From: Marsupella aquatica
Taxonomy: Eukaryota; Plantae; Marchantiophyta
Assembly (NCBI GenBank): GCA_973895155.1
Contig: OZ316892.1
Span: 21,143,619 to 21,207,618 of the forward strand
Direction of reading: 5' to 3'
Length of the DNA stretch: 64,000 bases
The notes beneath the pieces are model-generated. The model ran no database searches and was not told the origin of the DNA. It saw only the letters and a list, made by a program, of their open reading frames with translations. How positions within the stretch are numbered: the stretch's first letter is position 1; every line of letters begins with the position of its first letter. A program made the position numbers and the translations under genes. This document shows, one piece after another, positions 39,601 through 49,500 of the stretch.

Positions 39601-41219
39601 TCTTATAATTCTCAAAATTGGATTAAAATAACCCTAATGTTCTTCAACAAAAATTTAAAAGTATTTCACTAAACCTAATAAAAAAACCCTATACTTATTC
39701 GCGCATGATGGATCAGAAGAAAAGAAGTGAGGACCCCGAGGGAAGTTGTAGTTTGTACAACTTACTCAAAGGATCCCGTGTTCCTTTGAGACGTACTTTG
39801 TGAGGTCGTTGTTGATCAAGAACATAGCAGTTCGATGTTGGCGAGCTTCCCGATAGATAAGAGATTCCTGGTAATACTAGGAACGTAGAGAACATCAGAC
39901 ACTATTTTATTGCTTGAAATCGGAATACATCCAGATCCGGACACAGGCATCTTGGATCTGCTGGCACTTAGGACGTTGGACTTAGACGAGCTGCCATGAA
40001 GTGTGGTAAAGTTGCTTTTATCACGGCTAATGTGGGTGGAAGCTCCGCTATCAAGAATCCAAGTGTGATTGTCAGGACATGTGTTGTCAAACTCACTGAG
40101 CATTGCTTCAACCGTGAGAGCTGACTGGTTGTCAGTGGGGACACTGTTCTTCTTAGAGTCGCTATCACCAATGTCGCTATGAGTAGCCAGGTAGGACTTG
40201 GGTCCAAGACCCTTGATGTCTTTGATGCTTTGAGTTAGCTCTCGCATCTGAGTGGGAGACATATACTTAATATCAGCATAAGCCTGTTTTTCAAAACAGT
40301 CAGGTTCCCAGTGTCCTTTCTTACCGCAGTAGTTGCAGGAGGGTCTGCTAGCAAAAACTCATGGTGTAGCATTCCTGGGCCCCCATCGGTTGAGCCTGCC
40401 ACGACCACGATCCCTTCCTTGATTGTAGTCTCGTCGCTGATCTCCATGATGGGATATCTGGGCTTCGCGCCGGTTGTCGCTAGATGCAGCAAGTAGTGAC
40501 TGTTCCACAAGGTCTCCAAAAGGCTTTCGGCTAAACTCCTCTGCCTGAAGGTACTCCTCAAAGTCTGCAAAGGTAGTGGTAGTATCTTTCGAGTACAAGA
40601 CACCATAAACAGATTTAAACGACGCCCAGCTAGCAGGAAGGTTACGCAGTACTATCTGAATAAGTTCCTTGTCAGGTATCTCTTCATCTATTGATGCAAG
40701 CTGCATCACGTGATGATCAATTTTCTTGAGGTATTCCTCAACTGATGCTCTTTCGTGCATCTTGAACTCAACAAGGGCAGTTTTAAGATCTAACTTCCGC
40801 TGAATGGCAGTGGATTCAAACTTCTGCTTAAGAGTGACCCAGAGTTTAGCTGGGTCCTTGCATAGTTTCCTAATGATAGGAAATATAGAGACATTGGAGG
40901 CTTTGGTAAGAATTATGATTACCCGCTCCTTGTCTTTCTGAACCGGGTCTGCAATGTTAGCGAGTCCTGTTGCAGCTGTGCTGCTGGTGGCTCCTGACGT
41001 GCTGGTGGTGGCTGTGGTCGACCCTGAGGGTGATGGATTCCCTCCCCCGGCTCCGGGTAGCCCATTGGTGACAGGCTGAGCCGAAGGGTCGGCGATGTAC
41101 CACAGCCCTCTCTCCCGCAGAATCTGCTCAACATGGAAGGCCCAGATGATGTAGTTCAGTGCTCCTACCAACTTTTCACTCTCGGAGAAGGAGATCTTCG
41201 TGGTGTTGGAGGAAGACAT
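36694..41219 (-). pseudogene. Copia gag-pol, frameshifted and interrupted
   Basis: gag ATG at 41219; zinc knuckle CNYCGKKGHWEPDC (~40300-40335); protease WILDSGASTHI; integrase HTDLCGP...DDYSR...RSD...QNGVVERKN; RT LLFVDDLLITG; RNase H YTDADW/TEAEY/CDN/QVADILTK. Several frameshifts, a MITE insertion, and an apparent deletion between TTYCKL and RGSSLEI. Confidence 0.93.
39435..39740. mobile_element. hAT-type MITE (family A) nested in Copia pol
   Basis: TIRs CTCGGAGGCCTCAAT / AGTGAGGACCCCGAG; exact 8-bp TSD GGAAGTTG (39427-39434, 39741-39748); 306 bp. Confidence 0.88.
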
Positions 41220-41279
41220 GGTGGGGCCTTGGAATGTCGTGGAGTGAAGAGTCTCAGAAATCTGGTAGCTCTGATACCA

Positions 41280-41621
41280 TGAAGAAATTTTCTGATAATG
41301 CTTGATTAGCCCTCGTGATTGAGGGGAATTATACACAGAGAAAGAGACTGCCGTTAAGCGGCAACTAAGAATCACCGTAGGATCAGAACCATCAGAGGGA
41401 TGGGAGACAGCCATCACAGCGGAGCAAGTGGTTGGAATCCTAGGTGGGATTTGTCCTAAGGAACTAATTCTGTGATCGTTGATCTGCCTAGCGACCATAA
41501 TAATGGATTGCTTAACAGACATGAATTAATTACAGCTAATCACCGGCTCACTAATTAAGTGAGGCAGTAGGCGTGATGAAGACAGAACCCGAGGACAATG
41601 TAGCTCCGTAGATTTTCAACA
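41280..41621 (-). repeat. Copia LTR adjacent to the PBS
   Basis: Directly abuts the PBS. Followed on + by a second PPT, ~247 bp of duplicated internal sequence and a terminal ~55-bp LTR fragment. Confidence 0.93.
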
Positions 41622-42099
41622 CCCCCTCTTGATCTCATCACGCATAGAGGAGAAGAGAAGACACAGCGCCAACAGGCAACAGGGAGAATAATCAGAACAG
41701 ATAGAAAGCGAAAGAATGGCGCAAGCAGATATCACACTACGCGATACGTCAATCCAGTTCTTTCAAGCGATGTTGGACTTCCTGTCAGCTTTGGCACGGT
41801 ACTTGATAGACTCCCTTCGATGTGGTCGAGAAGAGAGGTCGAGTTCAGGAGAATGTGAAGAACGTGAGGTAGGCGTGATGAAGACAGAACCCGAGGACAA
41901 TGTAGCTCCGTAGATTTTCAACACTGTAGTACGAAGTGAGGAAAGGGCATGATCTCATTACCCAACAAGACGTTGTAGACGTGTTGGATAAGGTGCAGCT
42001 TGTGCTAATGGACCAAGAACAGAAGTAAGCCGAGCAAAAAGAATTGTGTGAATGTCAACAACAGTCTGTGAAAGGAATGTTTTGTGGAGCTTGTTGAAC

Positions 42100-42330
42100 G
42101 TCGACTTTGTTTGGAATGGTATTCAGGCACATTCTCCAAGAGGAGATTGTAACTTTGTTGGGAGTGGTATTAATTCCCCGTTGTCACGTGTATCAGCGGA
42201 GTTTCTTGAGTTCCTCGAATTTCCTAACACTTGTGGAGGATTAGGCCTGATTGATCTTATGCTGCAAGCTCGTCCTTTACAATCGTGGATTCCGATTTCA
42301 GCTGTAGGGCCCTCCATGGTTTTCTGTTGA
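42100..42330 (+). mobile_element. Possible LINE endonuclease (EEP) remnant
   Basis: Translation RGDCNFVG...EFLEF...LGLIDL loosely resembles the L1 endonuclease GGDFN...GLxDL pattern; heavily decayed. Confidence 0.35.
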
Positions 42331-42889
42331 TCCAACTACTTTGCATCTCTTTAATTTGTGACAAGAAAGGCAAGCCCATTATAACACCGATGTGTTTCAT
42401 GATGCTGGCCTTTTGTGTTTTATGGTCGAAAGAGTGGGTTATCCTTCCAGTATAGATACAACATCAACAACGGGGTAAAACCAAGTATGGAAACATAAGA
42501 AAAAGTTGTCATATTTCCCAATATGGATACTTGAGATATTATGACCCCAACTTGTATACTCTCTCAGATTTTTCCGATGTAGACTGCATCTCAATCCAAA
42601 TGCGCCGGATAGAACTTTGATTTAGCTCTGCAGACGCAAAAGCGTCCTTCTAGGCATGGGCCCCAATTCTCAAAATGATTATTACATAAGAGTTGAGACA
42701 ATCATAAGCCAGAGCTGTGCTAATCTTCAGGTATGAACAAATGGTTTTGGGCATCTCGATCTTCAGGCACTCACACCTGAGCACATTCAACAACCTTCAG
42801 TCTCAATGCCACTACAAGAAAGTATCATACAGTACAAATATAAGACAGTTGATCTGATGTGCATTCACCACATTGGTTGGAACAATCTG

Positions 42890-45245
42890 TTAGAATGAAC
42901 GAGGCTTCCTCCAGAAAGCTCTCTCAGATGATTTGAAGAGCTGTCCTATTGCTTCCAGACCGCTTATGTTCCAGCTCTCTACATGCTTCACAATCTGCAC
43001 CCAATATCATTGTGAGATTCCGACTTTGGAGGAACTGGGGAGCTCAGACTTATGTAGGACACAGAAGGAAGAAGGGCCGGACTAGTGACGTCAGCTGTCA
43101 TTGAGTTACGAGCTATACTAACACAGCTAAAACCTGTCCAGTTCAGTTCAGTACAGTGCAATTGCAGTCACCTACTGTACATCGTCCATCTTCTAGGCCC
43201 AAAGAGAATGGATTTGCTGGAAACAAAATGAGTTGAATTCTGGTTGCACAGAAGTGAGACTCAGGAGGTTAACTGCAAGTTGTATGAATCAGATTCAGGA
43301 GTTCGCGTCCTTACTTTACCACTGGCGTCCAATTCGTACTTTGTGGAACCATCAACTGCAATGAAGGGCTTCCAGGGCAACTTCAAGTAAACCCTACTTC
43401 CAAAGAAGAATCAATTGAAGTTAGAATATTTCAGAAAGATTGCGAATCTGCATCACCAGAGCCGCATGCATTGTAATTGTCTCTGCCTCTAGAGCGAAAC
43501 GACAATTGCAGGCATCAACCAAACAGACGGCTAAATCGTGACAGAAAACTGCGAAGGGAACTCATTATATGCTGAGAAAAACAGTTTCATATGAGTTGGG
43601 GAAAATACCTCAATTTCCAAAACGCTTGTATGAACTTTGATTCACCATCACCGACCTGGAAGCATATGCGGAATGCTTTTCATTAGTCAAGACTCACGCG
43701 AATTAGAAACATTCAGCTAAATCAAGTACAGATGATTCTTCACCTGAAGCGACTTATCGAAACCACGACTTACCGGTCAGGGTGAGGTCTAACCTCTTGG
43801 ATGTCATCAAGGACGAGTGAAGGATCCTCGTAGAACGGGACCAGCAACTTCAAGTTACGCTTATACAAATCTCGTCCTACAAGTGAGATAAGCTTTTGCA
43901 CAGTCAATTCATGCAAAATCGGTAACTGGACTTGCTTTTCATCAACACTCACAACGAATGTTAATAGTAACCACAACACAATCTGATACCTTACTCTAGA
44001 GCTCAGCCACAAACCTCAAGCAACCACTGGAAGCAGATTAGTTCCAACTTATTCACCTGAGAATTGGACCGTAGGATCAGCAAAAAAGCAGTTGTCGGCG
44101 TACAGCGCATCATTAAAGTCCCCTGCATTCCTGCCAGATAGTAATTAACTTCCATTTGGGAACTCGATCCTCAAAAGTTTTAAAAATATTTCGTTCTCGT
44201 CAGGCTGACAGTGAGTCTCTTTGGGACAGCCTTCTCGAATTGGATTCAGTTTCAGCGTCTAAAATGACTCTTTGTTCGATGCGAAGGGTTCGAACCCAAT
44301 ACAAGCAAAGGACGAGCTGAAGCTAAAGGTTTCTCCATTTCGCATCGAACAAAGAGTCTTTTGTGAACGTGGTAGTGTGAAGTTGTTTTAAGAGGGGACC
44401 ACATAAAGAACCACCACATCCTCAGACTTCGAGAAGGGCTGCAGCACTATCGAGGTATACCTGTCAGGAAATAGGACACGACATAATCAGCGCGTAGAGC
44501 TCCGACGAGGTCTTCAGGGACACTTTTCGAACCGCTGACCGCTTCGGTGCTGGGCTGTACGCTGCTGAGCTCAAAACAACCGGAATTCAAACATTGCTCA
44601 TCAAATTACTGTGTGCAATTCCCCAATTCCTGTGCTCAAGCCCGCCCTATTTCGATTCACAAGTGTGAGCTAGTGTGGTCCTCCAATTGGACCTCTCCGA
44701 TTTCGTACAAATCGAGATGGAGTTGGTTTCATAGTCGTCATCTACAATTCAGTGTTAATTGCGTAGCTGAAAACATGAGAATCTCCTGGAAGACTAAAAT
44801 GTACATGGGCAATACTAAATCTACGTATCAAGACACGATCCGGTCCAAGTAGTCGGTGGAAAACTAAACCTTCCCTTCGCATTACAAATTCTGTTTTTGA
44901 AACATGACCAAGACCTAATGCACTTGGGGAATTGACCGTTCATCGGCACCACCCACTCTGCTGCCTTCAGGCTGGACCGTGGGACGACGAGTGTGAGCAA
45001 TTGACAAACCTGTCTTTGCTGAAGACTCGGAGCAGCTCCGTCGCTGCCGACACTGCAGCTCGCAGGACTGGCGGCTCCTCCTCCTTTGTCGAGCAGCACC
45101 TCACATACGGCATCGAGGGTCTGGTAGCCCGGAGCCGGTTCAGTCGACTTCCATGAACTTCAGCAGAATTAGAGGGGCAGAACTTAGCATGGTGGTTCGA
45201 GAACCTGCACCTCCACTGGAAATGTACAAGAGACGCGCCTGCCAT
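42890..45245 (-). CDS. DUF2358 / NTF2-like (SnoaL-like) protein, probably plastid-targeted, 7 exons
   Basis: Phase-consistent exons (-): 45245-45010, 44564-44461, 44122-44057, 43876-43794, 43655-43609, 43393-43315, 42994-42890. Translation: ...PPVLRAAVSAATELLRVFS...LRADYVVSYFLTGDFNDALYADNCFFADPTVQFSGRDLYKRNLKLLVPFYEDPS...AFWKLRVYLKLPWKPFIAVDGSTKYELDASGKIVKHVESWNISGLEAIGQLF. Start codon tentative. Confidence 0.88.
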
Positions 45246-46515
45246 CGCCACATGAAGGAGCTTCAGCGACGTGCGGTGCTCCAACAAAGACTTGTAAAGG
45301 GAGTGTGTGCTTTTCTAGAATTGCGAAAGCTCTTCGTTAACTTTGATAGTAGTAAAAGCGTGAATTGCAAAATAATGAGAATGAACGGACTCACAAGAGA
45401 GCGCAGCGCAATCCGCATCCTCTTGAGTCTGCGGACCTGCAGAGCCTCAGGTGATATGGTGGGCCAGGGTCCGATTTTGAATCCGTCAGGTATTAGAACA
45501 AATCATGGATTCCACAATCTTCTACCTGCCAAGACTCGAAGCGCCGAAAAGACCTCTCCTACTCTTTCATGTCTTTCAAGTTATCCTGAAGTTTAAGAAA
45601 AAACTTAGTCAGGCAAGACACACTTCCTCACTATGTCCTGCCAATATTAGCAACGACCAGATCTGAAAAAAACTTCAATGATGGCTTCATTATAAAATTT
45701 TCCAGAGTAAACGTTTACCCACTTTCGTCTAGTCAATGAACCAAACCTGCCTTGCAGACAAAATTGACGTCATTTGCTCACAACGTGGATATTGGTTTAG
45801 TTCCCATCAGCAGATGCTAAATTCTGTGAAGTGATGAATAACGGTCTTAGAATTTGCTCACTTCCTGTAGAATGGAATGGGAAAAGTTTTCTTGTGGCCG
45901 GTGAAATACAATCTTGCCCTCTGCTCGTTTACTCATGGTGAGCAAAAGCTACTGACAGTACTGTAGATAGATACTCTTATGAGGTGTTTCATAACTTATC
46001 TGTAGGAATATGTTTCACTCTGAATAAAATTTTACTGGACCATACCAGAACAATTGCATTTTATGACTTTATGGGACTGGTTGTAGTTCTATGACGATCG
46101 TAAAGTGCTTGAAAGAATTCAACATTGTCCGACTGGCAACCACCACATCCAATAGATCATTCACATCAGCTCGAGCATTCAAATATGACTAGTCTGTGGG
46201 TTTCACAAGTCCTTGAGATCAATGACCGATCTGAAGGACCAGCGTCCGGGCCCGGGTCATCGCTATTCAAGCCTTGGGGGTCATTCTTATAGACACAATT
46301 GTCCTTCATATAACTTTGACAAATCCAAGATTTCGTTCAAGCTTCGCATAGGAGTTGGACCTTAGGCTGGTCCTTTGCAACTGATAATTCCACGCTGCTA
46401 GATAGTAAACTACGCCACATAAATCGCTGGATAACTGTGCTCTAGTTGGTATTCACATCCCAGTCTTGAAACTAAGGTATTTCGATCTCCAACAATTTCT
46501 AACCATAACGCTGAT

Positions 46516-49500
46516 CTACCTCAAGATTCTCCAAAGCCAGTTGTGCTGGTCTACCTCAAGATTCTCCAAAGCCAGTTGTGCTTCCTTTCGAAGCTCATTT
46601 TCACCCTCGGCCGCAGACTTGGTCAGAGCAGCCAACCAGACCTCCTCGGACCTCACTTTCAGCTTGATTGATGAGTTTTGTGTATGCGCCAAGTTGACCA
46701 AAGCCCACGCAACGTTTTTCTGCAAAAGAGCTTTGTCGCCTTCCGAGTAAGCCCTCATAAGGCCTGCAAGTACCCCTTCCTTGTTCACAATTGAAAGTTT
46801 TGTTGAGTCCCCTCCCATGGCTAGATTAGCAAAGGCCAATGCTGCATTCTTTTCCAATTCGGGATTCAGGTCCTTGGACAACCCTCCCACAAGGCCCTCA
46901 ACTGCCCCATCTTCACTCAAAATTCTGAGCTTGATTGTGTCCTGTCCACTGGCTAGATTTCTTAAAGCCCATGCTGCATTTTCCTGCAATTTTTGGTTGT
47001 TGTCGTTGGAGAGAGACTTGACCAGGCCTGCAAGTGCCCCCTCTCCACCTGAAATTTGGAGCTTCATGGACTCCCCTCCTACAGCTAGATTGGACAACGC
47101 CCTTGCTGCCTGTTCTTGAAAACTGGGATTCCGGGCCTTTGACAGAGATCCAACCAGGCCCTCCAAGGCCCCATGTTCATCCAAAATTCTGAGCTTGATT
47201 GCCTCCGATCCACTGGCTAGATTTGTTAAAGCGGATGCTGCATATTTCTGCAATTCTGGGTTTTGGTCAATGGAGAGAGACTTCACCAGGCCTGCAAGTG
47301 CCCCATCTTCACCTGAAATTTGTGGTTTCATGGACTCCCCTCCTGCAGCTAGGTTGGACAACGACCCCGATGCCTGTTCTTGTAAATTGGGATTCCAGGC
47401 CTTTGACAAAGCTCCAACCAGGCCCTCCAGGGCCCCATGTTCATCCAAAATTCTGAGCTTGATAACCTCTGATCCAGTGGCTAGAATATTTAAAGCCCAT
47501 GCTGCATATTTCTGCAATTCTGGGTTTTGGTCGTTAGAGAGAGACTTGACCAGGCCTGCAAGTGCCCCATCTCCACCCAAAATTTGGAGTTTCATAGACT
47601 CCCCTCCTACAGCTAGATTGCACAATGTCGCTGCAACCTGTTCTTGTAAATTGGGATTCTGGGACTTTGACAGAGCTTCAACCAGGCCCTCCAAAGCCCT
47701 ATTTTCATCCAAAATCCTGAGCTTGATTGTCTCTGATTTATTGACTAGATTTCTTAAGGCCGATGCTGCATTTTCCTGTAATTTTTGGTTGTTGTTGTTG
47801 GAGAGAGACTTGACCAGGCCTTCAAGTGCCACCTCTGTACCCAGAATTTGGAGTTTCATGGACTCCCCTCCTGCAACTAGGTTGCGCAAAGTTGCCACTG
47901 CGTGTTCTTGTAAATTGGGATTCTGGGCCTTTGACAGAGCTCCAACCAAGCCCTCCAAGGTCCCGTGTGCATCCAAAATCCTGAGCTTGATTGTCTCTGA
48001 TTTATTGACTAGATTTCTTAAGGCCGATGCTGCATTTTCCTGTAATTTTTGGTTGTTGTTGTTGGAGAGAGACTTGACCAGGCCTTCAAGTGCCACCTCT
48101 GTACCCAGAATTTGGAGTTTCATGGACTCCCCTCCTGCAACTAGGTTGCGCAAAGTTGCCACTGCGTGTTCTTGTAAATTGGGATTCTGGGCCTTTGATA
48201 GAGCTCCAACCAGGCCCTCCAAGGCCCCATATTCATCCAAAATCCTGAGCTTGATTGCCTCTGATCCATTGACTAGATTTCTTAAAGCCAATGCTGCATA
48301 TTTCTGCAAATCTGGGGTTTGGTCGTTGCAGAGAGAGTTGACCAGGCCTGCAAGTGCCCCCTCTGCACCCAAAACTTGGAGTTTCATGGACTCCCCTCCT
48401 ATAGCTAGATTGCACAAAGTTGCCGCTGCGTGTACTTGTAGATTGGGATTTTCAGCCTTTGACAGAGCTCCAACCAAGCCCTCCAAGGCCCCATGTTCAT
48501 CCAAAATCCTGAGCTTGATTGTCTCTGATTCATCGACTAGATTTCTTAAAGCCGATGCTGCATTTTTCTGTAATTTTTGGTTGTTGTTGTTGGAGAGAGA
48601 CTTGACCAGGCCTTCAAGTGCCCCCTCTGTACCCAAAATTTGGAGTTTCATGGACTCCCCTCCTGCAACTAGGTTGCGCAAAGTTGCCACTGCGTGTTCT
48701 TGTAAATTGGGATTCTGGGCCTTTGACAGAGCTCCAACGAGGCCCTCCAAGGCCCATGTTCATCCAAAATCCTGAGCTTGATTGCCTCTGATCCATTGAC
48801 TAGATTTCTTAAAGCCGATGCTGCATATTTCTGCAATTCTGGGTTTTGGTTGTTGGAAAGAGACTTGACCAGGCCCGCAAGTGCCCCTTCTGCACCCAAA
48901 ATTTGGAGTTTCATGGACTCCCCTCCTATAGCTAGGTTGCACAAAGTCGGTGCTGCGTGTTCTTGTAGATTGGGATTCTGGGCCATTGACAAAGCTCCAA
49001 CGAGGCCCTCCAAGGCCCCATGTTCATCCAAAATCCTGAGCTTGATTGCCTGTGATGCACTAACTACATTTCGTAATGCCGCTGCTACAGATTTTTGTAG
49101 TACAGGGTTCTCTTCCTTGGAGAGAGCCTTTAGAAGGCTTTCGAGCAATCCAGCCCCATTTGCAATTTGAATGTGGTGGCAAATTGAGTCACTTCCATCA
49201 TATGACAGGGACCACAAAATCGATGCAGACTTTGTTGCACGCGCATCTGAATCTTGAAGAGAGCATTGCAATGTCGGCAAAAGATCTGGCGTGCGTCGTA
49301 CATTAAATCTGATTGCCTTTCCCGACTTGATTTCACTGCAACTTTAGCTAGTGCTTCCCAAGTAGCGGTTTGAATATTTGAATTGAAATCTACATTCGAT
49401 TTCAAAATGTGCACTAGTGGTTGCAAAAAAGTCAGACGATCACTTTTTAGCAAAGGTATTTCTTCGATGTCAAGAATGTCGGCAAGCGCGACGAGCATTG

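Larger units (their letters stand above)
35718..41923 (-). mobile_element. Ty1/Copia LTR retrotransposon (degenerate gag-pol, rearranged 5' end)
   Basis: 5-bp TSD CTGTA (35713-35717, 41924-41928). 342-bp TG...CA LTRs at 35718-36059 and 41280-41621 (~5 mismatches by eye). tRNA-iMet PBS TGGTATCAGAGCT (41279-41268 on -); PPT AAGAGGGGG (36068-36060). Domain order GAG-PR-IN-RT-RH. Confidence 0.97.

Noticed and set aside
47195-48775. 526-aa plus-strand ORF
   Set aside because: Antisense shadow of the ARM repeat array; a stop-free repeat unit is simply propagated, and the ORF begins at a non-ATG codon.
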